Source: Pseudomonas aeruginosa
GTDB lineage: Bacteria > Pseudomonadota > Gammaproteobacteria > Pseudomonadales > Pseudomonadaceae
Reading direction: 5' to 3'
Assembly: GCF_001457615.1 (NCBI RefSeq)
Contig: NZ_LN831024.1
Span: forward strand, 2,790,001 to 2,822,000
Length of the DNA: 32,000 nucleotides
Shown: in pieces, positions 10,172 to 25,529 of the stretch
How positions within the stretch are numbered: the first letter of the stretch is position 1
Layout of the letters: each line of letters begins with the position of its first letter
The notes under the pieces: generated by a model
The model's input: the letters and a program-made list of their open reading frames with translations, nothing else
The model's database searches: none
Told to the model about the DNA's origin: nothing
Made by a program: the position numbers and the translations under genes

Positions 10172-10732
10172 TCAATGGCGGTGCTGACGGGTCACGCCGG
10201 CGTCGAAGCGGCTGACCACCTGGCGCCAGCCGGCATCGGCCAGGGCGCGGGCGTCGCCCGGTACGGCGCCGGCAGCGGCCGCGGCGGGCTTCAGCCAGAC
10301 TTCGGCGGGGCCGAGCAGCAGGAGGAACGAGCCGGCCACCCCGGGCTTGCCGCTGACGCCCAGGTAGCTCGGACGCCCGGCGGTTTCGCCGCGGCTCCAG
10401 CGGTGCTCGCCGCGACTGCTCGCGGCGACGTCGGCGACGAAGGGCGGGAAGCCCTCGGCGGCCAGTTCGTCGACGGAAGGCGCGGCTTCGCCGTCGTCCA
10501 GGCGCGCCTGGATGTCTTCGGCGGCGACCTGCAGGTCGGCGTAGATGCCCTGTTCGGCGGCATTCAGGTCGAGCCGGGCGTCCACCTGGTGGGCGTCCAG
10601 GGCTTGCGCTTCATGGGACTGCTGGCGCAGCCCGACCACCGTGGCGGCGAGGGCCAGGATCAGCACACTGCCGAGCAGTACGTAGAGGGTCTCGTGGCCG
10701 GCGCCGGCCGGGCGGACGGTTTCGACGCTCAT
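10172..10732 (-). CDS. fpvK: Single-pass membrane protein of the FpvGHJK ferripyoverdine iron-release complex
   Basis: ORF 10172..10966 was trimmed to the ATG at 10732, which overlaps the fpvJ stop (ATGA at 10729-10732), giving 186 aa. One N-terminal TM helix (LYVLLGSVLILALAATVVGL). Position corresponds to PA2406. Confidence 0.75.
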   Translation of the reverse strand: MSVETVRPAGAGHETLYVLLGSVLILALAATVVGLRQQSHEAQALDAHQVDARLDLNAAEQGIYADLQVAAEDIQARLDDGEAAPSVDELAAEGFPPFVADVAASSRGEHRWSRGETAGRPSYLGVSGKPGVAGSFLLLLGPAEVWLKPAAAAAGAVPGDARALADAGWRQVVSRFDAGVTRQHRH

Positions 10733-11058
10733 GGCGCGGCGATGTCGGCGTGGTCGATTTCCACCACGTGGCCGGGGCCGGCGTCGAACAGCACGTAGAA
10801 CTCGCCGTCGGGACGCTTGAAGGTCAGGGTCGAGTCGGCGCCGAGCTTGCCGGGAACCAGGATCTGCTCGTCGTAGCCGATCACGTCGAGGGTTACGCCG
10901 GGGGCGCCGCTGCCGTCGGAGAATCCGCCCTTGCAGCGGATCTCGCCGGCCTGCACTTCCTCGCATTCGCAGATCGGGTTGTGCGCCAGGGCCGCGCCGC
11001 TCATGCCAAGCAACAGGGCGGCCAGGGGCAGGCGCCAGGGGCGGGTGTGGATGCTCAT
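10729..11058 (-). CDS. fpvJ: Small secreted (periplasmic) protein of the FpvGHJK complex
   Basis: 109 aa with a GAGGT SD. Signal peptide MSIHTRPWRLPLAALLLGMSGAALA. The mature protein starts HNPICECEEVQAGEIRCKGG. ATGA overlap with the fpvH stop at 11055-11058. Confidence 0.8.
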   Translation of the reverse strand: MSIHTRPWRLPLAALLLGMSGAALAHNPICECEEVQAGEIRCKGGFSDGSGAPGVTLDVIGYDEQILVPGKLGADSTLTFKRPDGEFYVLFDAGPGHVVEIDHADIAAP

Positions 11059-11594
11059 TGCTTACCTCGTTTGTTCAGCCAGGCCACGGTGGCGGGGGAT
11101 GCCTCGGCCAGGGGAATGGAAGCCTGGTGCATGGAGCCGTCCCAACCTTCCATGGTGATCCACAGCTCGGCGTCGGGCCGGGTGCGCGGCGGGATCGGCA
11201 CGCTGGTGCCCATGCGGTAGGGGCTGCCGAAGAAGATCACCCCGGCGGCACGCAGGCTGCGCGGCTTGCCGATGCGCAGGTAGGTCGCCTTGACCTGGGG
11301 AATGCAGGCCTGGCAGAGGGCGGCATTGAAGTCCTTCATGAAGCCGGCGGGGCCTTCGTCGTGCGGCGGTTCGATACGCCATTCGGCGAGCTTGAGACTC
11401 CAGGGGCCTACCTGGACTTCGCCGATCTCGCGTTCACCCAGTCCGCTGCTGCCAGAGAACAACGCCATGTCGGCGAAATAACGTGGCATGAAACCGAGCG
11501 GGATCAGGATCAGCAGAACGTTCAGGTGGAAACGCCAGCGCAGCCAGAACTGGCGCAGAGGCGAAACGGGCTGGGCGACGGCGGCCTTGCTCAT
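11055..11594 (-). CDS. fpvH: Single-pass membrane protein of the FpvGHJK complex
   Basis: 179 aa with a GGAGGG SD. One TM helix (FHLNVLLILIPLGFM). ATGA overlap with the fpvG stop at 11591-11594. Position corresponds to PA2404. Confidence 0.78.
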   Translation of the reverse strand: MSKAAVAQPVSPLRQFWLRWRFHLNVLLILIPLGFMPRYFADMALFSGSSGLGEREIGEVQVGPWSLKLAEWRIEPPHDEGPAGFMKDFNAALCQACIPQVKATYLRIGKPRSLRAAGVIFFGSPYRMGTSVPIPPRTRPDAELWITMEGWDGSMHQASIPLAEASPATVAWLNKRGKQ

Positions 11595-12802
11595 GGCTGT
11601 CCCTCCGCGGTCTGGTTGGCCATTACCGGCGCCGGCTTGGCCGGTTTCGGCTGGCGCGCCGGGCGCTTGCCGCGCTTGACCAGCGCGGCGGAGGCCTGTG
11701 CGGTGCGCTTGCTCCAGATCAGCAGGCCGCTGAGCACCATCATGCTCAGCAGCAGGCCGAAGACGAACCAGATCAGCTTGACCCAGATGCCGCCGAAATC
11801 GCCGGTGTGCAGGGGGCGCATGGATTCGGTGACGAACTCCAGCGGGGTGCGGTCGCCGAGCAGGCGGGAAGACTCGATCCTGCCGTTGTAGGGATTGATC
11901 GCTGCCGACTGGTACATCAGCGGGTACCAGCCGCGGCCATAGACATAGAGCGGGCTGTAGGCGTTGCCTGGGAGGAACAGCCCGCTGGCTTCCAAGCCGG
12001 AAATGTCCCGAGTGGCGATGCGCACGGCCTCGTCGAGGTCGATCTGCACAGCCGGCTGGCCGGAAGGCGAGAGCGGCACCTCGCTGCGGGCGATGACCGG
12101 CGGCGGGCCTTCGCTGGAGAGAGTGATGTGATTGTCGGCGAGGATCGCCTGGATCAGGAACCAGGTGCCGGTGATGGAGATCACGGCGATGAACCAGATC
12201 GACCAGATGCCGCTCAGGCGGTGGAAATCCCCCCAGAAGATGCGCGCGCCCTGGCTGATGCGCAGGCGTGGTCTGAAGAAACCCTTCCAGAATCGTTTAT
12301 AGACCACCAGACCGGTGACCAGCGAGGCCAACATCGGCAGTCCGAGTAGCGAGACCAGGTACCAGCCCCAGCTGTAGCCGTTATCGAACGGCATCAGCCA
12401 CCAGCCGTGCAGGGCGCGGGTGAACTGGCGGAAATCGAAGTGCGGGCTCTTGCCCTGGATGGCACCTGTGTAGGGATTCACGTAGAGCGCAGCGCTGCTG
12501 CCGTCGGGATGGCTGACATCCACGGTCAGGGCGAAGTGGGATTCGTCGGGGCGTTCGATCGATTCGACCTTCAGCTCGGGCCGGGCCTGATTGATGCTGG
12601 CGAGGACTTGGCTGTAGCTCAGCGGTTCGGCGGAGTCGCTTGGCTTGCTGGCACGGATTTCCGGGTTGGCCAGCCAGACGATCTCCTGGCTGACCACCGC
12701 CAGGGTGCCGGTGAGGCAGACGATCAGGACGAAGAACCAGATGGGCAGGGCCAGCCAGCTGTGGACGAGGAACCAGAGTCTGGAGCGGGACTTTTTCGAC
12801 AT
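11591..12802 (-). CDS. fpvG: PepSY-associated-TM-helix inner-membrane protein; ferripyoverdine reductase component
   Basis: 403 aa. PepSY_TM-type features: N-terminal LWFLVHSWLALPIWFFVLIVCLTG and C-terminal HTGDFGGIWVKLIWFVFGLLLSMMVLSGLLIW. It is the first gene of the 8-gene minus-strand operon. No recognisable SD precedes the ATG at 12802. Confidence 0.85.
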   Translation of the reverse strand: MSKKSRSRLWFLVHSWLALPIWFFVLIVCLTGTLAVVSQEIVWLANPEIRASKPSDSAEPLSYSQVLASINQARPELKVESIERPDESHFALTVDVSHPDGSSAALYVNPYTGAIQGKSPHFDFRQFTRALHGWWLMPFDNGYSWGWYLVSLLGLPMLASLVTGLVVYKRFWKGFFRPRLRISQGARIFWGDFHRLSGIWSIWFIAVISITGTWFLIQAILADNHITLSSEGPPPVIARSEVPLSPSGQPAVQIDLDEAVRIATRDISGLEASGLFLPGNAYSPLYVYGRGWYPLMYQSAAINPYNGRIESSRLLGDRTPLEFVTESMRPLHTGDFGGIWVKLIWFVFGLLLSMMVLSGLLIWSKRTAQASAALVKRGKRPARQPKPAKPAPVMANQTAEGQP

Positions 12803-13040
12803 GAGGCTAACGGTAGGTTAGGGGTCGTGGGCACCGACCATGGGTTGCGGAGACTGGATACGCCCCGTTCATCCATATAGGACGAATGAGCCGCGCAGAA
12901 CCTGAAAGGGAAGATGAAAGCAAATGTTTCGCAAAAGCTTTCGTGCTCCTCGCGAGGGATTTCTTCGTCATTTGCCTAAGCGCCTGATGGCTATGCAAAA
13001 AACCGATCGGCCAAGGTGCGACCGGAAGTCGCTGTCCGGT

Positions 13041-13064
13041 TAATTTTCACGATGTGTCGTCCGT
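13041..13064 (+). promoter_or_regulatory. Candidate PvdS IS-box-like promoter for pvdI (TAATT-N16-CGT, one mismatch to TAAAT)
   Basis: TAATT at 13041-13045, 16-nt spacer, CGT at 13062-13064. It lies 56 nt upstream of the pvdI ATG, in the AT-richer divergent intergenic region. The -35 element has one mismatch, so this is tentative. Confidence 0.4.
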
Positions 13065-13119
13065 TTCACATGAATGACCGAGCCCCGCGCTCGTTGCCCA
13101 TGTGCACGGAAGAAGACCG

Positions 13120-17841
<4,722 letters not shown>

Positions 17842-20800
17842 ACCAGCTCCGAGTCGACGTCCATGGACTCGATCCCGCGCGCTTCCGCGCCGCCTGGCAG
17901 GCGGCGCTGGACAGTCATGACATCCTGCGCGCCGGCTTCCTCTGGCAGGGCGATCTGGAGCAGCCGCTCCAGGTGATCCACAAACACCTCGAACTGCCGT
18001 TCGCCGAGCATGACTGGCGTGGTCGCGAAGCGCTCGCCGAGGCTCTCGACGAGCTGGCCGCGAGCGAACGCCGGCGGGGTTTCGAGCTGGAGCAGGCGCC
18101 CTTGCTGCGGCTGGTCCTGGTGCGTATGGACGAAGAGCGCTACCACCTGGTCTACACCCACCACCACATCCTGCTGGATGGCTGGAGCAGCGCGCAGCTG
18201 CTCGGCGAGGTGCTCGCTCGCTACACCGGCGAACAGGCCGAGCGCACGGGTGGGCGCTACCGCGACTACATCACCTGGCTGCAGGCACAGGACAAGCGCG
18301 TCAGCGAAGCATTCTGGAAAGAACAACTGGCGGAACTGCTGGAGCCGACACGCCTGGCCCAGGCGGTCGCCGCCGAGCGCGAGCAGGTCGGCAGCGGCCA
18401 GTTCCAGCGCAGCCTGCCGCCGGCACGCACCGCGCGCCTGAAGACGTTCGCCCAGCGGCACGCGGTGACCCTCAATACCCTGGTGCAGGCCGCCTGGTCG
18501 CTACTGCTGCAACGCTACACCGGGCAGGATACGGTGGTCTTCGGCGCCACCGTCGCCGGCCGTCCCGCCGAACTGGCCGGGATCGAAAGGCAGATCGGCC
18601 TGTTCATCAATACCCTGCCGGTGGTCGCCACACCGCAACCGGGCATGCGCCTCACCGACTGGTTGCAGGAGGTGCAGGCGCGCAGCCTGGCGCTGCGCGA
18701 GCAGGAGCACACGCCGCTGTTCGAGATCCAGCGTTGGGCCGGGCTCGGCGAGGCGCTGTTCGACAGCCTGCTGGTATTCGAGAACTACCCTGTGGCCGAA
18801 GCCCTGGAAAAGGGGTCGCCAGGCGGCGTGCGCTTCGGCCCGGTGAGCAATCATGAACAGACCAACTACCCGCTGACCGTCGCCCTGGGCGTCGGCGACA
18901 GTCTGTCGCTGCAATACAGCTATGACCGTCAGGCGTTTTCCGATGCCGCGGTCGAGCAGTTGGACCGGCACCTGCTGAACTTGCTCGAAGGCTTCGTCGA
19001 CAACGCCGAACGGACTCTGGTCGAGCTGAGCCTGCTGGATGCCGAGGAGCGCGCGCTGATCGATTCGCTGTGGAACCGCAGCGAGTCGGGCTTCCCCGCT
19101 TCGCCGCTGATCCACCAGCGGGTGGCGGAGCGCGCACGCCTGGCCCCGGACGCGCCGGCGGTGCTGTTCGACGACCAGGTGCTGAGCTTCGCCGAGCTGG
19201 ACAGCCGGGCCAATCGCCTGGCACATGCGCTGATCGCCCGCGGCGTCGGTCCCGAGGTGCGGGTGGCGATCGCCATGCAGCGCAGTGCGGAAATCATGAT
19301 TGCCTTCCTCGCCGTGCTGAAGTCCGGCGGCGCCTACGTGCCCCTGGACATCGAGTACCCGCGCGAACGCCTGCTGTACATGATGCAGGACAGCCGCGCG
19401 CACCTGCTGCTGACCCGGAGCCACCTGCTCGACCGACTGCCGATTCCCGACGGGCTGTCCTGCCTGTGCCTGGACCGCGAACAGGAGTGGGCCGGTTTCC
19501 CCGCCCATGATCCAGAGGTGGCGCTGCATGGCGACAACCTGGCCTATGTGATCTACACCTCCGGCTCCACCGGCATGCCCAAGGGCGTGGCAGTGTCCCA
19601 CGGCCCGCTGGCGGCGCACATCGTGGCTACCGGCGAGCGCTACGAGATGACCCCGGCGGACTGCGAGCTGCACTTCATGTCGTTCGCCTTCGACGGCTCC
19701 CATGAAGGCTGGATGCACCCGTTGATCAACGGTGCGCGGGTGCTGATCCGCGACGACAGCCTGTGGCTGCCGGAGCAGACCTACGCGCAGATGCATCGCC
19801 ACGGCGTCACCGTCGCGGTGTTCCCGCCGGTCTATCTGCAGCAACTGGCCGAGCACGCCGAGCGCGACGGCAACCCGCCGGCGGCCCGGGTCTACTGCTT
19901 CGGCGGCGACGCGGTGGCGCAGGCCAGCTACGACCTGGCCTGGCGCGCGCTACGCCCGCAATACCTGTTCAACGGCTACGGACCGACCGAAACGGTGGTC
20001 ACCCCGCTGCTCTGGAAAGCCCGCCCGGACGACCCCTGTGGCGCCGCCTACATGCCGATAGGTACGCTGCTGGGCAATCGCAGTGGCTACATCCTCGATG
20101 CCCAGTTGAACCTGCTGCCGGTCGGTGTGGCCGGTGAGCTGTACCTTGGCGGAGAAGGCGTGGCGCGCGGTTACCTGGAGCGTCCGGCACTGACCGCCGA
20201 ACGTTTCGTGCCGGATCCCTTCGGCGCGCCCGGCAGCCGCCTGTATCGCAGCGGTGACCTGACCCGTGGGCGGGCGGATGGCGTGGTGGACTACCTGGGA
20301 CGGGTAGACCACCAGGTGAAGATCCGCGGTTTCCGTATCGAGCTGGGCGAGATCGAGGCACGCCTGCGCGAGCAGGCGGCGGTGCGCGAGGCGGTGGTGG
20401 TCGCCCAGGCGGGTGCCAGCGGCCAGCAACTGGTCGGCTACGTGGTCCCGCAGGATCCGGCGCTGGTCGAGGATGCCGGTGCCCAGGCGGCCTGCCGCGA
20501 CGCCTTGCGCAAGGCGCTGAAGGAACGCTTGCCCGAGTATATGTTGCCGGCGCATCTGCTGTTCCTGGCGTGCATGCCGCTGACCCCCAACGGCAAGCTG
20601 GATCGAAAGGCCCTGCCCAAGCCCAGTGCCGACCAGCAGCAACGCGACTACCAGGCACCGCGCAGCGAAGTGGAAAGACAACTGGCGACGATCTGGGCGG
20701 AGGTGCTGAAGCTGGAGCAGGTCGGCCTGGCCGACAACTTCTTCGAGATCGGCGGCGATTCCATCATTTCCCTGCAGGTGGTCAGCCGTGCGCGCCAGCT

Positions 20801-22256
20801 CGGCATCCATTTCACTCCGAAGATGCTCTTCGAGGCGCAGACCATCGGTGCCCTGGCTCCGCTGGCCGAGAGCGGTACGCAGGTGCTGGCGATCGACCAG
20901 GGACCGGTGACCGGCGTCACGCCGTTGCTGCCGATCCAGCAGGGTTTCTTCGCCGAAGAGGTCGCCGAGCGCCACTGGTGGAACCAGTCGGTACTCCTGG
21001 AAGCCCGCGAGCCGCTCGATGCCCGGCACCTTGAGCAGGCCCTGCGGGGCGTGCTGGCGCACCACGATGCGCTGCGCCTGTCCTTCACCCGCGAGGCGGC
21101 CGGCTGGACGGCGCGCCACCGGGGTGTGGAAGAGGGCGCTGCGGCGCTGCTCCGCGTCGCTCGGGTCGCCGACCTGGCGGCGCTGCGGGCGCTTGCCGAC
21201 GAAGTCCAGCGCAGTCTCGACCTGGCCGATGGGCCGTTGTTGCGCGCCCTGCTGGCGACTTTCGACGACGGCAGCCAGCGCCTGCTGCTGGTTATCCACC
21301 ATCTGGTAGTGGATGGCGTGTCCTGGCGTATTCTCTTCGAAGACCTGCAGACCGCCTACCGGCAGTTGCTGGCGGGTCAGGCCGTCGAGCTACCGGCCAA
21401 GACCAGCGCCTTCAGGGATTGGGCCGAGCGCCTGCGGGCGTTTGCCGGTGACGGCGGCCTGGATGGCGAACTGGCGTACTGGCAAGGGCAATTGCAGGGC
21501 GCCTCCAGCGACCTGCCGTGCCTCGACCCGCTGGGCGACCAGAGCAACCGCCATGCCCGTTCGGTCAGTTGCGGACTGGACGCCGAGGCGACCCGGCAAT
21601 TGCTGCAGGAAGCGCCGGCCGCCTACCGCACCCAGGTCAACGACCTGCTGTTGACCGCGCTGGCGCGGGTGATCTGCCGCTGGACCGGGCAGGTCGATGC
21701 GTTGATCCAGTTGGAAGGACATGGTCGCGAAGAACTCTTCGCCGAGATCGACCTGACGCGCACGGTGGGCTGGTTCACCAGCCTGTTCCCGCTACGCCTG
21801 ACGCCGGCCGAGGGCATCGCCGCATCGATCAAGGGCATCAAGGAGCAACTGCGCGCGGTGCCGAACAAGGGCATCGGCTTCGGCGCCCTGCGCTACCTGG
21901 GCAGCGCGGCGAGCCAGGCAGCCCTGGCCGGGTTGCCGGTGCCGCGCATCACCTTCAACTACCTCGGCCAGTTCGACGGCAGTTTCGCCATGGAGGAGGG
22001 CGCATTGTTCGTTCCGGCCGGCGAGCGTGCCGGCGACGACCAGAGCCCGGACGCGCCGCTGGCCAATTGGCTGGCGCTGAACGGACGCATCTATGGCGGC
22101 GAACTACGCATCGACTGGAGCTTCAGCGGCGAGCGCTTCGAAATCGCCAGCATCCAGCGCCTGGCCGACGCCTATCGCGACGAACTGCTGGCGCTGATCG
22201 CCCACTGCCGCGTGGCCGAGGGCCAGGGTCTGACGCCCTCGGACTTCCCGCTGGCG

Positions 22257-25200
22257 CGCCTTGACCAGGCGCGTCTCGACCAATTGCCGCTGGCGCCCTG
22301 CGAAGTCGAGGACCTCTACCCGCTATCGCCGATGCAGCAGGGCATGCTGTTCCACAGTCTGTACCAGCAGGAGGCCGGCGATTACATCAATCAACTGCGG
22401 GTCGACGTCGACGGTCTGCATCCGGAGAGCTTCCGCGCGGCCTGGCAGGCGGCGCTGGACGAGCACGATGTGTTGCGCAGCGGGTTCCTCTGGCAGGGCG
22501 CCTTCGAGACGCCGCTGCAGGTGGTGCGCAAGCGTGTCGAAGTGCCGTTCAGCGTACTTGACTGGCGCGGTCGCGAGGACCTGGCGGCGGCCCTCGACGA
22601 GCTGGCTGCCGGCGAAGGCCGGCTGGGCTTCGACCTGAGCGAGGCGCCGCTGTTACGCCTGGTACTGGTGCGCACGGACGAAGAGCGCTACCACCTGATC
22701 TACACCAATCACCATATCCTGATGGACGGCTGGAGCAACTCGCAGCTGCTCGGCGAGGTACTGCAGCGCTACCGTGGCGAAACGCCGCCGCGCTCCGGCG
22801 GCCGCTATCGCGACTACATCGCCTGGTTGCAGCGCCAGGACGCCGCGCTCGCCGAGGCCTTCTGGCTGCCGCGCCTGCGCCAACTGGACGAGCCGACCCG
22901 CCTGGGGCAGTCGATCGCCCAGGCCAAGCAGCGCGGCAAGGGCTACGCGGAACGGTTGCGCGAGCTCGATGGCGAGCAGACCCGGCGCCTGGCCGAGCTG
23001 GCCCGCGAGCAGAAGATCACCGTCAATACCCTGGTCCAGGCCGCCTGGCTGATGTTGCTGCAACGCTATACCGGACAGGACAGCGTGGCCTTCGGCGCTA
23101 CTGTCGCCGGTCGCCCGGCTGAACTGAACGGTATCGAGGAGCAGATCGGCCTGTTCATCAATACCCTGCCGGTCATCGCTACCCCGCTTCCGCAGCAGAG
23201 CCTGGCGTCGTGGCTGCAGGCGGTGCAGGGCGAGAACCTGGCCCTGCGCGAATTCGAACACACGCCGCTGTACGACATCCAGCGCTGGGCCGGGCAGGGC
23301 GGCGAGGCGCTGTTCGACAATATCCTGGTGTTCGAGAACTACCCCGTTTCGCAGATGCTCCAGCAGCAGGCCTCGCAAGGCCTGGCTTTCGGTGCCGTGG
23401 GCAACCACGAGCAGACCAACTACCCGTTGACCCTCAGCGTAAGCCTGGGGCAGCGCCTGGAACTGCAGTTCGCCTATGACCGCGAGCATTTCGACGACGC
23501 CAGCGTGGCGCGCCTGGATCGTCACCTGACGCACCTGCTGGCGCAGATGGTCGAGCGTCCGGCCAGCACCTGCCTGGCCGAGTTCCAGCTGCTGGAAGCA
23601 GCGGAGCGGCGCCAGGCGATCTTCGACTGGGGGCGCAACCCGGGACGCTATCCGGACGAGCGCAGCGTCGAGCAGCTGTTCGCCAGCCGCGCGGCGATGG
23701 AGCCCGAGCGGGTGGCATTGCTCTTCGAGGAGCGCCAGCTGAGCTACGGCGAGCTCAACGCCCAGGCCAACCGCCTGGCCCACCGCCTGATCGAGCTGGG
23801 CGTGGGGCCTGACGTGCTGGTTGGGATCGCCGTCGAGCGCGGGCTGGAAATGATCGTCAGCCTGCTGGCGGTGCTCAAGGCCGGCGGCGCCTACGTACCG
23901 CTGGACCCGGAATATCCGCAGGAGCGCCTCGGCTACATGATCGAGGACAGCGGCATCGCCCTGTTGCTCAGCCAGAGCCACCTGCTGCAACGCCTGCCAG
24001 CGGCCTCCGGGATCGCCTGCCTGGCGCTCGACCAGGCGTGGGACTGGCAGGACCGTCCGGCGAGCGACCCGCAGTTGCGGGCGCATCCGCAGAACCTCGC
24101 CTACGTGATGTTCACCTCCGGTTCCACCGGCCGTCCCAAGGGCGTCGGCATCAGCCGAGAGAGCCTGTCGCGGCATACCCACGTTTCGCTGGAGTTCTTC
24201 GGCATCGGGCCGGACGACCGGGTGCTGCAATTCTCCACCTTCAATTTCGACGGCTTCGTCGAGCAGCTCTACCCACCGCTCGCCTGTGGCGCCTCGGTGG
24301 TGCTGCGCGGCACCGAGATCTGGGACAGCGAGACGCTGTACCGGGAGATCGTCGAGCGACGCATCACCACGGTGGACCTGACTACCGCCTACTGGAACAT
24401 GCTGGCCAAGGACTTCGCCAACCAGGGCGTGCGCGACTACGGCGCGCTCCGTCAGGTCCACGCCGGGGGCGAGGCGATGCCGCCGGAAAGCCTGGTGGCA
24501 TGGAAGGCCGCCGGGCTGGAGCATGTGCGCCTGCTCAACACCTACGGCCCCACCGAGGCGACCGTCACGGTCACCACCCTGGATTGCGCGCCCTACGTCG
24601 ACGGCAGCAAGGCGATCCCGGCGACCATGCCGATCGGCAAGGTGCTGCCGGGCCGCGCCATCTATCTGCTGGACGATGCCGGGCAACCGGCGCCGGTCGG
24701 GGCGGTCGGCGAGCTGGTGATCGGCGCCGAGCTGCTGGCGCGTGGCTATTTCAAGCGTCCCGACCTGACGGCCGCACGCTTCATTCCCGATCCGTTCGAC
24801 GAGCAGGGCGGCGGCCGCCTGTACCGCACCGGCGATCTGGCACGCTACGGCGCCGACGGGGTGATCGAGTACGTCGGCCGGGTCGACCATCAAGTCAAGG
24901 TCCGTGGCTTCCGCATCGAACTGGGCGAGATCGAGGCCTGCCTCGGCGAGCACCCGGCGGTGCGCGAGGCCCTGGTCATCGCCGTCGAGGGTGCTGCCGG
25001 GGCGCAGCTGGTGGCCTATCTGGTGCCGCAAGCGGAAGCGCTGGCTAGCGCCACGCTGGAGGTACAGGCCGCGCTGCGCAACGAGCTGAAGGCCCTGCTG
25101 CGCGACAGCCTCCCCGAATACATGGTGCCGGCGCACCTGCTGTTCCTCGAACGCCTGCCGCTGAGCCCCAACGGCAAGGTCGACCGCAAGGCTCTGCCGG

Positions 25201-25529
25201 CGCCTGACGCCAGTCTCCTCCAGGAGGCCTACGTGGCGCCGCGCAGCGAGCTGGAATGCCAGGTCGCGGCGATCTGGCAGGAGGTGCTGAAACTCCAGCG
25301 GGTTGGCCTCGACGACCATTTCTTCGAACTCGGCGGGCACTCGCTGCTGGCCATCAACGTGATTTCGCGCATTCAACTGGAGCTGGGCATGAAGCTCACC
25401 CCCCAACTGTTGTTCCAATTCCCGACCCTGGGGCTTTTCGTCAGCAATCTGGAAAAGGCCGGTGGGCAGGTCGACACATCGAAACTGAACAAGCTGGAAG
25501 CCCTGCTTGATGAAATGGAGGAAGTTTGA
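22257..25529 (+). other. PvdI module 3: C(DCL) + A(DGE-type code; Orn by colinearity) + T + acidic C-terminal tail (approximate bounds)
   Basis: - C domain about 22317-23573 (LYPLSPMQQGMLFH, NHHILMDG).
- A domain about 23676-25199 (FNFDGFVEQ, LNTYGPTEATVTV), code DGEDHGTVTK.
- T domain serine at 25341-25343 (FFELGGHSL).
- Tail 25449-25526: GQVDTSKLNKLEALLDEMEEV. Confidence 0.75.

Noticed and set aside
12803-13100. Searched for a Fur box (GATAATGATAATCATTATC) and a minus-strand IS box for the fpv operon.
   Set aside because: The best Fur-like stretch (GCAAATGACGAAGAAATCC) matches only about 10 of 19 positions. The minus-strand candidates (CAAAT-N16-GCG, GAAAT...) lack the CGT element. Neither is reportable as a site.
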